From the NCBI GenBank assembly GCA_965263355.1, contig CBDHHL010000032.1, positions 3,871,140 to 3,935,139 of the forward strand: a DNA stretch of 64,000 nt, given 5' to 3'. Made by a program: the position numbers and the translations under genes. Positions within the stretch are counted from its first letter, which is position 1. Every line of letters begins with the position of its first letter. The notes below the pieces were generated by a model. That model ran no database searches, had not been told where the DNA came from, and saw only the letters and a list, made by a program, of their open reading frames with translations. This stretch comes from Leptolyngbyaceae cyanobacterium (lineage in GTDB: Bacteria; Cyanobacteriota; Cyanobacteriia; Phormidesmidales; Phormidesmidaceae). Positions 32,517 to 44,194 of this stretch are shown here, in pieces.

Positions 32517-32918
32517 TTATGCAGGCATTAGCACAGTATCAATGATGTGAATAACCCCATTGTCAGCGCCAACATCGGGTGTTGTTACTGTGGCATTATT
32601 AATCTTGACGCCATGGGAAGCATCAATTTTCACATCTTCACCTTCAACCGTTTTAGCGGACTTCAGCTTCGTAACATCAGCCGCCATCACCTTACCTGAA
32701 ACCACATGATAAGTCAGGATTTTCTTGAGTTGAGGAATATTCTTGAGGAGCCCATCCACTGTGCCTTTAGGTAATTTGGCAAAGGCATCATCCGTGGGCG
32801 CAAAAACTGTAAAGGGTCCCTTTCCTTTAAGGGTATCGACTAATCCAGCTGCTTTAACAGCAGCAACCAGCGTGCTGAAAGAGCCAGCATTAACGGCAGT
32901 ATCAACAATGTCAGCCAT
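32517..32918 (-). CDS. Fasciclin (FAS1) domain protein 1
   Basis: [29 protein letters not shown]. Confidence 0.93.
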   Translation of the reverse strand: MADIVDTAVNAGSFSTLVAAVKAAGLVDTLKGKGPFTVFAPTDDAFAKLPKGTVDGLLKNIPQLKKILTYHVVSGKVMAADVTKLKSAKTVEGEDVKIDASHGVKINNATVTTPDVGADNGVIHIIDTVLMPA

Positions 32919-33203
32919 GTATTTACCTAATGTTACTAATGTTGTTATCTGCTAACGGCATCATCTGTGATGGATGATCGGCTAACTAATGACTAGTATA
33001 ACAACTCGACGTTTAAGATCACGGAGTATTTGTTGCTTGAGGTCTATATTGGTAGTTGTTAGCAGTTGCAAGTTGACCAAAAACAACTGAATTGCCTGTA
33101 GTCATTGGTTAACCGTAAATATTTTCTTTAGAACACCTAAAGTAGCGCTAAACACAACGACGACAAAAATCACTTTGGCAGTAGTGTGTTTAACGCGGTG
33201 CAT

Positions 33204-33515
33204 TTAATCAAATACTCCCTCTACGGTTTGCCGAAAAGCAATCAGGGCATGGGTTGATTGCAACGGCTTCAGATCTTCGAACAATTGATCAGACAGATCT
33301 GATGTGACAATGGTTTTGATTTCAACGTTGGTGTTGTATCCTGCTATATCGCCCATCCGTCTACCATGACTGCCTGCCCCCTGGGCTGGAATGATCGTAT
33401 AACCTGATATCCCAAGCTTAGCTAGTAGCTTTATCAAGCGATCCTGCAAGACAGCTTCACCAATCATCGTAACAAGTGTACCTTTCGCTAAAGAATATGA
33501 CATATAAACCTCCAA
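33204..33515 (-). CDS. PII-like (SbtB-related) protein
   Basis: GYTIIPAQGAGSHG, NVEIKTIV. Confidence 0.75.
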   Translation of the reverse strand: MEVYMSYSLAKGTLVTMIGEAVLQDRLIKLLAKLGISGYTIIPAQGAGSHGRRMGDIAGYNTNVEIKTIVTSDLSDQLFEDLKPLQSTHALIAFRQTVEGVFD

Positions 33516-33546
33516 GAATATCTGATGTGTGTAAGAAACTAATCTT

Positions 33547-35427
33547 TTAAATAGCTGGCGCAGCCTGAACCTGCTCGAGCAATTGGTGTAAGGGTTTACC
33601 TTCGATCGCTTCTGTTTCTAAGAGCTGCATAGTGATAGTTTCTAATATGTCGCGGTTATGGTTGAGGGTATCCAAGGCTTGTTGATGGGCCGTTTCGACA
33701 ATACCTTTTACCTCGCGATCAATTGCCTCTGCCGTTGCTTCGCTCATCATGCGGCGAGGATTGGGCACGCCCTCATTCAGAAACATCGATCGACTACCTT
33801 GCTCATAGGCTAACGGTCCTAAAATTTTGCTCATACCAAAGGTGGTCACCATTTGCTCTGCCAGGTCTGTCGCCCGTTGCAAATCGTTAGATGCACCGGT
33901 GGTGATACTATTAAACACAACCTCTTCTGCGGACCGCCCCCCTAGTAAGGTAGCAATCTGACTCCGCAATTCCGTTTCGTCACTCAAGAACCGATCTTCT
34001 GTTGGTAGTTGCAGGGTATACCCTAGAGCAGACATACCTCGGGAGACGATGGAGATTTTTTCAACTCGTCCACTGCCTGGCATGAGTGAACCCACTATGG
34101 CATGGCCTACTTCATGGTATGCAACAATTTTTTTCTCCTTATCATTAAGGACACGGCTTTTCTTCTCCAGCCCTGCCACCAGACGTTCAATGGCTTCGGA
34201 AAAGTCAGCTTGAGCCACTGATTCACGTTGATTGCGAGCGGCCAATAGCGCTGCTTCATTCACCAGGTTTGCCAAGTCGGCTCCGGCAAAACCAGGGGTA
34301 CGAGTTGCGATCGCATTTAAATCCACATCTTCTCCCAACTTTATTGTCTGGGCATGGATCTTGAGAATCGCTTCTCGGCCAGATAAAGCTGGACGATCAA
34401 CCAATACTTGCCGGTCAAAGCGTCCTGGACGCAAGAGCGCTGGGTCGAGAATTTCTGGACGATTAGTGGCAGCCAACACAATCACTGTGGCATCTTCTGC
34501 GGCAAATCCATCCATCTCAGACAGCAATTGGTTCAGCGTCTGCTCTCGCTCATCATTGCCGCCATAGAATCCACTACTGCTACGAGACTTGCCAATCGCA
34601 TCCAGCTCATCAATAAACACAATACAGGGAGCCTGTTTCTTAGCCTGCTCAAATAAATCTCGCACACGGGAAGAGCCCACACCCACAAACATTTCCACAA
34701 ACTCAGAGCCCGAAATACTGAAAAATGGGACGCCTGCTTCTCCCGCAACAGCTTTTGCCAGTAGTGTTTTACCTGTCCCTGGTGGTCCCACCAACAGCAC
34801 CCCTTTAGGAATGCGCGCCCCAATCTGGGTATAGCGTCCCGGTGTTTTTAGGAAGTCCACAACCTCAACTAACTCAGCCTTGGCTTCATCAACCCCGGCC
34901 ACATCGGCAAAGGTCGTCTTAGCGGCTTCTCCCTCGACGTATACTTTGGCTTTGCTTTTGCCAATCGATAGCATCCCTTGAGCGCCACCACCACCACCGC
35001 CACGACGGACAAAGAACTGAAAGATACCTACAAAGATTAGTGGCGGAATGATCCAGCCCAAGGCATTACTTACCCAACCATTTTTAGGCGGTGGCGTAGC
35101 CGCAAACTCAACGCCTTTTTCTTCAAGCAAGTTGGGCAAGCTTAAATCAAAAATGGGCGTTGTTGAGAACACTTGCCCAACTTGTTCACCACCCATTTCT
35201 TCGTCCGCTTTTAACTGGAATCGAATTTGATTCTGTCCTACTTGTACCCGTGCCACATCTCCTTCTTGCACCTGATGGATGAACAGGCTATAGGGTACTC
35301 CAGGAACTTGAGGTCTTGAGAAAACAGGAAGGATAAAACTTACAAATAGGAATACCCCTGCCAATATCAGTAAAATATTGTTGAAGAGACTAAAACGCGG
35401 AGGCCTAGGTTTATCTTTAATAGGCAT
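33547..35427 (-). CDS. ftsH: ATP-dependent zinc metalloprotease FtsH (FtsH4-like); ATG at 35427 preferred
   Basis: Two TM helices, [36 protein letters not shown]. Confidence 0.95.
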   Translation of the reverse strand: MPIKDKPRPPRFSLFNNILLILAGVFLFVSFILPVFSRPQVPGVPYSLFIHQVQEGDVARVQVGQNQIRFQLKADEEMGGEQVGQVFSTTPIFDLSLPNLLEEKGVEFAATPPPKNGWVSNALGWIIPPLIFVGIFQFFVRRGGGGGGAQGMLSIGKSKAKVYVEGEAAKTTFADVAGVDEAKAELVEVVDFLKTPGRYTQIGARIPKGVLLVGPPGTGKTLLAKAVAGEAGVPFFSISGSEFVEMFVGVGSSRVRDLFEQAKKQAPCIVFIDELDAIGKSRSSSGFYGGNDEREQTLNQLLSEMDGFAAEDATVIVLAATNRPEILDPALLRPGRFDRQVLVDRPALSGREAILKIHAQTIKLGEDVDLNAIATRTPGFAGADLANLVNEAALLAARNQRESVAQADFSEAIERLVAGLEKKSRVLNDKEKKIVAYHEVGHAIVGSLMPGSGRVEKISIVSRGMSALGYTLQLPTEDRFLSDETELRSQIATLLGGRSAEEVVFNSITTGASNDLQRATDLAEQMVTTFGMSKILGPLAYEQGSRSMFLNEGVPNPRRMMSEATAEAIDREVKGIVETAHQQALDTLNHNRDILETITMQLLETEAIEGKPLHQLLEQVQAAPAI

Positions 35428-35607
35428 GGGTATTGCTATAAGTAGGGGAATAAGTATCAGTATGGATAAACATTGTTTGAATTCTGGAGTGATTTGGTGA
35501 ACTACGACATCAAAATTCATGCATCTAAAGACAAGTTCTAATTAATTAGAACACTCGTAGCAGCTTGGGTTTGCTAAGATGAGAGAGAGTTATACGGCTT
35601 CTAAGTG

Positions 35608-35772
35608 TCAAAAGTGAAGAACTCCTTGGCTAGACAATACTTCAATTGTGAGAGCACATACAAAACCGATCATGGCCAGTCGGCCATTCCAAAGCTCTGA
35701 CTGAGGCGTAAATCCCCACAGCCAACCATTTCGAAATCGAGAAAAAGAGATTTTCTTTTTAGAATTTGTCAT
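35608..35772 (-). CDS. hli: High-light-inducible protein (Hlip/SCP)
   Basis: [19 protein letters not shown] chlorophyll-binding motif. Confidence 0.9.
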   Translation of the reverse strand: MTNSKKKISFSRFRNGWLWGFTPQSELWNGRLAMIGFVCALTIEVLSSQGVLHF

Positions 35773-35840
35773 ATTCTCATTACTCCAGATTTGATAATCA
35801 CAAAATAGACCAATCAAACAATGAAGCCGACGCTCCTGTA

Positions 35841-36038
35841 TTAGAGGGAAGCGAGATCTACATTTAAATTCCATTCATGCTTCATAAGTTCTTGAAACAC
35901 TGTTTTCTGAACCAGCATGAGCTGATACAGTTTAACTAAATACTCTTGAGCTTGTTCAAGGTTCATCTGCTGTACTTGGTCTTCAAAATTTCTGAGATTG
36001 AATGCCTGCTCTAGTGTGAGTTCGGTTGCGTTATCCAT
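35841..36038 (-). CDS. nblA: NblA/Ycf18-family protein, second copy
   Basis: [39 protein letters not shown]. Confidence 0.9.
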   Translation of the reverse strand: MDNATELTLEQAFNLRNFEDQVQQMNLEQAQEYLVKLYQLMLVQKTVFQELMKHEWNLNVDLASL

Positions 36039-36296
36039 AGCTATCTCCCATAACCCAAGATTGAATAAAAATCGTAAGATGAGTAGTCAGTAAATCGACT
36101 CGAAATTTCGTTCTGAAGTGGATCAATTCATTACTGACGAATTACACTTACAATCAGTATGGTAAAGTGATGTTTCATTTCTAGGGTTATTTGATTGAAA
36201 ACCTTACCTACTTATGCCAACAGCAGGTGAGGTTTTAATGTGGCTAATCAACATTAGTTTTAAGAGACAGAAAAACCAAGCAATATTAGAAACGAT

Positions 36297-36428
36297 TTAC
36301 TTTGAACTGTCTAATAGCTCTGACATAGGGCTATCATAGTTTTTATGATTTTTCTTTTGTTTCTTTTTTCCATCAACAGCTGCTTTCGGTTTTTTGACTT
36401 CTCTATTGCCTTTGCGTCGTTTTGACAT
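36297..36428 (-). CDS. Lys-rich basic microprotein A (43 aa)
   Basis: MSKRRKGNREVKKPKAAVDGKKKQKKNHKNYDSPMSELLDSSK; GGAGG RBS; paralogue at 43825. Confidence 0.7.
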   Translation of the reverse strand: MSKRRKGNREVKKPKAAVDGKKKQKKNHKNYDSPMSELLDSSK

Positions 36429-36468
36429 AACGATCCTCCAACTAAACTCTCTTTAATTCAATCGTGTC

Positions 36469-36756
36469 CTAGATACCAAAATAATTGGCAGATTCTAGAT
36501 AGTCATTATGCATATAACCATCTGACATTTTAGCCCCTCTTAGGTTAGCTCCACTTAGGTCCGCTCCCCTCAAAGTGGTCCAATTAAGATTGGTATTACT
36601 CAAGTCTGCATGATTCAAGTTAGATCCACTTAAATTTGAGCCCGTAAAATCAACTCCACTCAAATTTGCTCGACTCAGATCCAGATTTTTCAACTCTTCT
36701 AATCTAAAACTTCTCTTTCCAGTTGCATATTGTTTTAGAACTTGATTGGCATCCAT
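36469..36756 (-). CDS. Pentapeptide-repeat protein
   Basis: LKQYATGKRSF then A(D/N)Lxx repeats. Confidence 0.88.
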   Translation of the reverse strand: MDANQVLKQYATGKRSFRLEELKNLDLSRANLSGVDFTGSNLSGSNLNHADLSNTNLNWTTLRGADLSGANLRGAKMSDGYMHNDYLESANYFGI

Positions 36757-36878
36757 ACTGGTGCCCCGTAGTGTATAGCGTAATCGCTGTTACTACCTTC
36801 ATTATAGTTCGCAATTATCTACTTTAACCACGCGCAGGTTAAGTTGTATGAACCCACACCCTCATTGAGCCGGTTAGA

Positions 36879-37343
36879 CTAAGCCTGTCGCAGCACTTCT
36901 GTTTCAATTTGAGCTTGAAAGCGGTTTAAACTCTCTACTAGATTTTCTTCTAGCCAGCGTTCTAAACCGATGTTTTCCAGCCGTGCACCGACAATTCCTC
37001 CTGGTAAATCGAAGGCAAGTGTCAGGCGCAAACGGCACCCTTGATCCGTGGCAAAAAATTCAGCAGAGCCATTGTTTGCTAGTCCAGACACTGACTCCCA
37101 GGTGATTAACTGCAGAGGAATACGTTGAGTAATGCGAGAAGTCCATTTGGTCAATAGTGGAAATCCCGGTCCAAACGTCCAGTGATAGAGTCCTTGCTCG
37201 CCTGGTAAACGTCTGACACATTTTACCATTGGCATCCACCGGGGTACATTCTCTAAATTTTCCCAGAGGTTATAAACCTGTGTTACGGAACAGGCTACTT
37301 CTACCTCCACACTACGTTCAAGGGTTAATTTTTTCACAGTCAT
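36879..37343 (-). CDS. SRPBCC/polyketide cyclase-like protein
   Basis: VYNLWENLENVPRWM, ITWESVSGL.N.G. Confidence 0.85.
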   Translation of the reverse strand: MTVKKLTLERSVEVEVACSVTQVYNLWENLENVPRWMPMVKCVRRLPGEQGLYHWTFGPGFPLLTKWTSRITQRIPLQLITWESVSGLANNGSAEFFATDQGCRLRLTLAFDLPGGIVGARLENIGLERWLEENLVESLNRFQAQIETEVLRQA

Positions 37344-37549
37344 CCATCGTTAATTTTCTGACTTATTCCCCTAAATCTGTCACTGTAATTGATAATTGCG
37401 GCAAATTTCTCTAATCATCAGATTAGAAGAAGGATTTTGGGGAATCGTGAGGGGTTTGCAATCAATAGAAACAATCACATAGCAAACGCGACAGAAATTG
37501 GAAGAACAACAGTACAAACAGTTGAGACAGGTCGGAGGTAGCTCAATCG

Positions 37550-38119
37550 CTAATAATGGATGGTTCCATCGGGCATCTTAGTTCTACTTAATCCGGCTCT
37601 GTTTATATTTGCGCCTAAAATAGTTGCTCCAGTCAAATCTGCTTCACCTAAATAGGCCCCATCCAGGTTTGCATCACTGAGATCTGTCTCCTGTAGATTT
37701 GCTCCGGTTAAATCTGCACAGCGTAAATCACTATCGCTTAGATCTGCTTTATGCAAGTCAGCTTTGCGCAAATCTGCTCCTCCTAAATTCGCTCCACTGA
37801 GATTTGCGCCACTTAAATCTGCATGGGTTAAATCCGCTCCACTAAGGTCTGCGCCGCTCAAATCTGCATGGGTTAAGCAAGCTTGAATCATTGCTACCCC
37901 CGCTAAATTGGCCTGGTTTAGCTTCGCTTGTTTGAGATGAGCCTCTGTCAGATCGGCTTCTCGTAAATCAGCACTAATCAACTCAGCACCAATTAACTTG
38001 ACACCAATTAGCTTGGCATTTGTCAGACAGACTTGAACCAGACTGACATGACTAAAATCCCGTTGTCCTGACGCATAGCGTTTCAAAATCTCTTGAGCAT
38101 CCATACCTTGATCCCTCAA
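37550..38119 (-). CDS. Pentapeptide-repeat protein
   Basis: RYASGQRDF, many ADLSG repeats, MPDG end. Confidence 0.92.
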   Translation of the reverse strand: MRDQGMDAQEILKRYASGQRDFSHVSLVQVCLTNAKLIGVKLIGAELISADLREADLTEAHLKQAKLNQANLAGVAMIQACLTHADLSGADLSGADLTHADLSGANLSGANLGGADLRKADLHKADLSDSDLRCADLTGANLQETDLSDANLDGAYLGEADLTGATILGANINRAGLSRTKMPDGTIHY

Positions 38120-38403
38120 CTGTGTGTTTTTTAATTGGGTAAATTATTGAGACAAAATATATCCTCTCTTTAAGCATCAGATAAGAAACATATCTTAGAG
38201 GTATAGTTTTCACCAACCAATACCACTTCTCAATATTAGAAAAAAAACGTGAGGAAATTGTGAGTCACTGTAGATGTTTAGCGTATAGCTAAGCAGCTCT
38301 GATTTTGAGCATTATGGCGTGAGCGACTTTTCAGTGTACGAATTGCCTTGCTGTTTGCTGCTGGTGACCGTCAGCGAAGCAGGGATGGCCCAGGTGGATG
38401 ATT

Positions 38404-39978
38404 TTAATCCCACGACATTACCCTAAAGTCTGCATTGCGTGCGAGTGGATCGTAGCCCAGCTGTTGGGTAATTCGTTCCTTGGCCAAAGCACGATACTCC
38501 CAAAAATGTTCACCTGCAGCACATAACCCTAGGTATACATTTAGAGCCTGTGGTTTGTTCAATAAAATAATCCAGAGTTGATGCCAAAACTGTCCTCGAA
38601 TATCGGTTCGGTGAATCCCTTGACTCCAAACAAGCTGGACAAATAAGCGTAGGCCTTTGTGCAATGGGAACTGCATTGTTTGTCTTCGACGTTGTCGGCA
38701 ACGAATTTTGAGACATTGTTGTAAACAACGTCTGAGATATCTTTCAGGCTCATACATCTGCCAAAATCCATCGACGTATTCCCTAGCAATTTCTGTAATT
38801 GGGCGTGTGGGGATAAAATTCATTAAGGTATTCTGATCACCGCTTAGATGACTAGAGGTTTCTAGCAGACGCTGTTCTTTCTTGAGTCGTTCCCACAAGG
38901 CGGTATTGGGCAATGCTTGCAAAAGGCCTAACATGGGTTGGGGAATACTGGTTTGTTCTACAAAGGCTTGAATACGATCGCCTGCACCTACTCGTTCTCC
39001 ATCAAAACCAAGGATAAATCCCGCATAGATCAGCAGTCCTGCCTCATTGATTTTTTGACAGGCTTCTACCAAAGGATTACGGGTATTTTGAAGTTTGCGG
39101 GTGACCTGCAAGCTATCTTTGTCAGGGGTTTCAATCCCGAGAAAAACAGCGTAAAATCTTGCTTCACCCATAAGCTGGAGTAATTCATCATCCTCTGCTA
39201 GATTGACCGAGGCTTCTGTCATAAAAGTAAATGGATAGTGGTGCTGCTGCATCCATGGGATCAGTTCTCTCAAGAAGCACTTTACATTGCGCTGATTACC
39301 AATAAAGTTGTCATCTACGATAAAGAGTGATCCACGCCAACCTAAGTCGTAGATGGTTTGTAGCTCTTCCAGGGCTTGGGCTGGTGTTTTGGTATGGGGT
39401 TTTCGACCATATAGGGAAATAATGTCGCAAAAATCACAGTTAAAGGGACACCCGCGAGAAAACTGTATAGCCATCATCAAGTAGGCGTCTCGCTGTAGCA
39501 GGTCAAAGCGCGGTATAGGGCTCTGAGTGACATCGGGTTTTTCAGGGGAACGAAAAATGCCATGGGTTTCTCCCTGACCCAGAGCTTTGAGAAATTGGGG
39601 AACTGTCATTTCCCCTTCATCCAGAATTAAAAACTGGGCTCCTGCATCTAACGCATCTTGAGGTACAGAAGTGGGATAAGGGCCTCCCACGGCGACCTTT
39701 TTACCTAGCTGGATGGCTTTTCGAATCAGAGCTTGAAAGTCTGTTTTTTGCACTAGCATGGCGGAAAGAATGATTATGTCGCACCATTCCCAGTCTGTGT
39801 CTGTTTCATGGGCAACATTGCGATCGCAAAAACGAATTTCCCAGTCTGACGGTAGGAGCGTAGCAACTGTAATAATCCCCAACGGAGGAATCACCGCCTT
39901 GAGTCCGGCAATTTCCATAAAGCGATCGTAGGACCAGAAAGACTGAGAGAAGTGAGGATAGAGTAGCAAGGCTTTCAC
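38404..39978 (-). CDS. B12-binding radical SAM protein (DUF4070-type)
   Basis: PPLGI, VGGPY, RGCPFNCDFC, VDDNFIG, GFILGFD. Confidence 0.9.
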   Translation of the reverse strand: MKALLLYPHFSQSFWSYDRFMEIAGLKAVIPPLGIITVATLLPSDWEIRFCDRNVAHETDTDWEWCDIIILSAMLVQKTDFQALIRKAIQLGKKVAVGGPYPTSVPQDALDAGAQFLILDEGEMTVPQFLKALGQGETHGIFRSPEKPDVTQSPIPRFDLLQRDAYLMMAIQFSRGCPFNCDFCDIISLYGRKPHTKTPAQALEELQTIYDLGWRGSLFIVDDNFIGNQRNVKCFLRELIPWMQQHHYPFTFMTEASVNLAEDDELLQLMGEARFYAVFLGIETPDKDSLQVTRKLQNTRNPLVEACQKINEAGLLIYAGFILGFDGERVGAGDRIQAFVEQTSIPQPMLGLLQALPNTALWERLKKEQRLLETSSHLSGDQNTLMNFIPTRPITEIAREYVDGFWQMYEPERYLRRCLQQCLKIRCRQRRRQTMQFPLHKGLRLFVQLVWSQGIHRTDIRGQFWHQLWIILLNKPQALNVYLGLCAAGEHFWEYRALAKERITQQLGYDPLARNADFRVMSWD

Positions 39979-40257
39979 AGTATTCCTCCAAGAGTTATGA
40001 TGGCGCTGCTAATCCGAACTATGAGCCAATCTATCAAATAAACAGCGAATACTACAGACAGGTCCATACCCTCAATCAGCAACGATGTTATCGTTGATCT
40101 TGATGCGGATGGGTGTATCGTGGGCCATGCTCCAAGGTTAGCCACCTTAGCGTGAATCAGATCTTTTTCTGCTATGGCACTGAAAGCTCTTAATCTTTCT
40201 AATGGTGAACTACTTAACCCTAGACGTTTTTGTTTTTACTCCTAGCGATGATAACGA

Positions 40258-40686
40258 CTACCCTTGGAGAAGGATGGATGCAGGCGTTAGGATCGTATCA
40301 ATGATATGAATAACACCATTGTCAGCAGCTACGTCAAAGATTTTCACAATAGAATCATTCACCTTAATGTTACTAACATCTATGGGGACATTAATCTTAA
40401 TCTTTGATCCTTCAACGGTTTTCACAGTTTTCATCTTCGTAATAGCAGCGGCCATGACCTTACCTGTTAAGACATGGTAGGCTAAGATTTTCTTCAGCTT
40501 AGGAATGTCCTTGAGGAGTTCATCCATCACACCTTTGGATAATTTCTCAAAGGCATCGTCCGTTGGTGCAAAGAGTGTAAACGGACCCGTTCCCTTAAGA
40601 ATATTGACCAGTCTAGCTGTTTCAATAGCCGTCACTAGGGTAGTCAAAGAACCTGCCTGAATGGCGGCATCAATAATATCAGTCAT
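40258..40686 (-). CDS. Fasciclin (FAS1) domain protein 2
   Basis: [29 protein letters not shown]; paralogue of 32517. Confidence 0.9.
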   Translation of the reverse strand: MTDIIDAAIQAGSLTTLVTAIETARLVNILKGTGPFTLFAPTDDAFEKLSKGVMDELLKDIPKLKKILAYHVLTGKVMAAAITKMKTVKTVEGSKIKINVPIDVSNIKVNDSIVKIFDVAADNGVIHIIDTILTPASILLQG

Positions 40687-40717
40687 TTATTTACCGAATA
40701 AACCTTTATCTTGCTCG

Positions 40718-43168
40718 TTATGAGACAACATTAGTTGTTAACTCCTCTCGTAGAATTTGAACTTCATTGTTGTCATCGATATCCACAACCACCGTATCTC
40801 CCGATTGAACTTTGCTAGAAAGAATGGCCTCTGCAAAACTATCTTCTAACAGACGGGTGATTGCTCTCCGTAACGGGCGTGCACCTTGTTCAGGGTTGTA
40901 GCCTGATTCAATTAAGTGCTCGATAAATTGATCAGTTACTACCAGGCTAATGTCTTGTTCAAATAGGCGTTTCCGGAATTCACCTAGCAGGATATCAGCA
41001 ATTTCTCTAATCTCATCTTTGATGAGTTGTTGAAAAACAATGACGTCATCTAGACGATTGAGAAACTCTGGACGGAAGTACTCCTTGAGTTCTTCGTTAA
41101 CTAACGTCACCAGGTTTCTATAATTCGCACTTACTTGATTGTCAGAGACATTAAAGCCTAACCCTCCTGCACCCTTCTGAATCAATTTTGAACCTGCATT
41201 CGAGGTCATTACCAATAGCGTATTCTTAAAGTTGACAGTACGCCCTTTGGCATCGGTTAAACGACCTTCGTCTAAAATTTGCAGCAGCAAGTTAACGACA
41301 TCAGGGTGTGCTTTCTCGATTTCGTCAAATAGTACCACTGTGTAAGGCTTACGACGGACAGCTTCGGTTAACTGTCCCCCTTCTCCATATCCGACATAGC
41401 CTGGTGGGGAACCAATTAGTTTGGCAATTGCGTGACGCTCCATATATTCAGACATATCCAAACGAATCATGGCTGCCTCAGACCCAAAGAAATTTGCAGC
41501 CAGCGCCTTAACCAGCTCTGTTTTACCTACCCCTGTAGGCCCAGCAAAGATAAAACTAGCGATTGGACGATTGGGATTTTGTAACCCAACACGAGCACGA
41601 CGAATTGCCTTTGCAATTGCCTTAACCGCTTCTTCTTGACCAATCAAACGCTGATGCAAAATTTCTTCCATATGGAGCAACTGATCAGATTCAGATTCTG
41701 TCAATTTGCTGACTGGAATGCCAGTCCAGGATGACACAACATGGGCAATATCGGCTTCGTCTACAACAGGATAGGAACCAAGAACAGAAACGTTTTGAGT
41801 AACTGACTGAATCTTTTGCATAAGCTCGTTTTCATGAATCTGCAATGCACTTGCCTGGGCAAACTCTTGCTGCTGAATCGCTTTATCTTTCTTTTTTAGA
41901 ATCTGTTGCAATGCTTTGCCTAAATCCTTGGAAATGGAGGATTGTTGCTGAGAGGAGAGAATATGTGTACGAGAACCGGCTTCATCTATTAAATCAATCG
42001 CTTTGTCAGGCAAAAACCGATCTGAAATGTAGCGATGTGAGAATTTAGCGGCGGCGGTTAAAGCCAGATCTGAGATGGTCAACTGGTGGTGTCGTTCATA
42101 GCAACTCCGTAATCCTTGTAAAATTAAAATCGTTTCGTCAACACTTGGCTCGTCTATCATCACTGTTTGAAACCGACGTACTAAAGCAGCGTCCCGCTCA
42201 AAATGTTTTCGATATTCATCAAGTGTGGTCGCGCCAATACACTGAAGTTCACCCCGTGCCAAAGCTGGTTTGAGGATATTCGCAGCGTCCAAAGTTCCTT
42301 CTGGCGAGCCTGCACCAATTAATGTGTGGACCTCATCAATCACCAGAATCACGTTTCCAGCTGAACGAAGTTCAGCCATAACGGTCTTTAGACGCTCCTC
42401 AAATTCGCCTCGATACTTTGTCCCTGCAAGTAAGGAACCCAAATTTAACGTCACAACCTGCTTGTTGTGAAAACTTTCAGGCAAATCATGGTCGACGATA
42501 CGTTGAGCTAACCCTTCTGCCAAAGCTGTTTTACCCACACCAGACTCACCGATAAGAATAGGGTTGTTTTTCGTTCGGCGACTTAAAATTTGAATCACTC
42601 GTTCAATTTCCTGCTGGCGACCAATTACTGGGTCCAGTCTGCCGAAGGTGGCCAATTTCGTTAGATTAACACCACAGCTATCCAGGGTTGGAGTTTTTTC
42701 AATCTTAAGCTGATTGTCAGCAGGAGTAGGTTTTGCGTTTGCGATCGCTTGCACTAAGTCAGCACGCAGTTTGTTGCTATCAACACCCAGCTTAGCTAGC
42801 ACCCTCATGGCTGAACCGTCTTCATCCCATATCATTGCCAGTAACAAATGCTCGGCATCTACAGCATTTTTACCGAGCTGTTGAGCTTCTTTCAGCGATT
42901 GTGCTAGTACCTGCCGACAGCGAGGGGTGAATTGAATCTCATTGCTAATCCCGGCAGGACCTGTTCCAATAATATCTTCAACGATAGTTCGTGCCGTAGT
43001 GAGTGTAATTCCCAGATTTTTAAAGATATTCGCTGTTATATTAGGTTCTGCTGCTATTAGCCCTAAAAGAAGGTGATCTGAGCCCATAAAAGGATGATTA
43101 AGGCGATGAGCTTCATCCTGAGCACACATTACAACTTTAATCGCCATTTCTACAAAAAAATCAAACAT
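40718..43168 (-). CDS. clpC: ClpC-type Hsp100 ATPase paralogue
   Basis: Clp N repeats, [11 protein letters not shown]-like coil, [20 protein letters not shown] ClpP-docking loop. Confidence 0.93.
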   Translation of the reverse strand: MFDFFVEMAIKVVMCAQDEAHRLNHPFMGSDHLLLGLIAAEPNITANIFKNLGITLTTARTIVEDIIGTGPAGISNEIQFTPRCRQVLAQSLKEAQQLGKNAVDAEHLLLAMIWDEDGSAMRVLAKLGVDSNKLRADLVQAIANAKPTPADNQLKIEKTPTLDSCGVNLTKLATFGRLDPVIGRQQEIERVIQILSRRTKNNPILIGESGVGKTALAEGLAQRIVDHDLPESFHNKQVVTLNLGSLLAGTKYRGEFEERLKTVMAELRSAGNVILVIDEVHTLIGAGSPEGTLDAANILKPALARGELQCIGATTLDEYRKHFERDAALVRRFQTVMIDEPSVDETILILQGLRSCYERHHQLTISDLALTAAAKFSHRYISDRFLPDKAIDLIDEAGSRTHILSSQQQSSISKDLGKALQQILKKKDKAIQQQEFAQASALQIHENELMQKIQSVTQNVSVLGSYPVVDEADIAHVVSSWTGIPVSKLTESESDQLLHMEEILHQRLIGQEEAVKAIAKAIRRARVGLQNPNRPIASFIFAGPTGVGKTELVKALAANFFGSEAAMIRLDMSEYMERHAIAKLIGSPPGYVGYGEGGQLTEAVRRKPYTVVLFDEIEKAHPDVVNLLLQILDEGRLTDAKGRTVNFKNTLLVMTSNAGSKLIQKGAGGLGFNVSDNQVSANYRNLVTLVNEELKEYFRPEFLNRLDDVIVFQQLIKDEIREIADILLGEFRKRLFEQDISLVVTDQFIEHLIESGYNPEQGARPLRRAITRLLEDSFAEAILSSKVQSGDTVVVDIDDNNEVQILREELTTNVVS

Positions 43169-43824
43169 CGTGAAATCCGTTACTGGAGTTTTTTCGCTGC
43201 TCAGTTCAGAATCGTTATATGACAGCGTGACTCCTGATTAACAGACGTCGACTACGTTATGACGATTGGCGATTCTTTACTTACTTATTGTATCTCGACA
43301 TATTTGACTTGAGAGGAGACTGCAGTAAATTATCTACTGTAATTTCAGATGTGCTATTATTCATCTATAAACAAAGAAAATAGGCTATAAATTTTCATCA
43401 TTTCAGATGTAATCGCTTCAAAGAATTGAGTAGCAATACATTGTCGAAATAATAGAGTTAGTTTCAATAAGATATGTATTGATTAGGGAAATATCTTATA
43501 TAACCAGTTGATCACAGTTATATTTACTTTGGAGCAATTAATATTCTATTCGTTGCAGCAATGAATGTTCTAAGCTATTGAGCAGATAAGCGATGGCTTA
43601 GAATATTTACTTTTTCCCAAGCTGTGTCTAATAAGATAGGTGTTCAGTTGGTATTTTCTAGTAGATAGAATTATCACAGCTGCTTTTAAAGCTCTTTAGT
43701 ATCAATAAATTCATAATTAGCAGTAACTAGAAGATTTCAAATTTGAATTTCTAATCATGGAGTCTAAAAGATATTAAAAGTCAGGTTGCCTGGGGCTTTT
43801 CACGAAATTAATTTAGGAGTCAAT

Positions 43825-43923
43825 ATGACTAAGCGAACGAAAGGAAATAGAGAACCCAAAAAGGCAAAAAAAATATCCAAAAAGCTTAAGAAACAGAAAA
43901 AAGAGCGAAAAATATATGAGTAG
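43825..43923 (+). CDS. Lys-rich basic microprotein B (32 aa)
   Basis: MTKRTKGNREPKKAKKISKKLKKQKKERKIYE; AGGAG RBS. Confidence 0.7.
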   Translation: MTKRTKGNREPKKAKKISKKLKKQKKERKIYE

Positions 43924-44194
43924 TTATATCGTTAGTCACTATACGCACGATATAAATAAACCTTGTTGATAGTTGCTTTGGAATTCAAGATTTGGAAACG
44001 TATGTCTCTTCAAACTTTCATTTTTCAGTGCCTTCTATTATAGGAGTTTTTATCTTCGCAATAGTATTGCCACTATTGATTCGAACTGCTGAAAGGTAAT
44101 CTCAGTATTATGGAAAATTAGAAGAGAAAATTCTGATACAGAGAAATCGTGTCTTTTGGGACAAGTAGTTGCAGAGGTTACAGTAACTTGATTC

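Noticed and set aside
27064..33020. Shared GATCTTAAAC motif as an island-wide regulator site
   Set aside because: Only two instances were found, and no convincing RpaB HLR1 repeats could be identified by eye.
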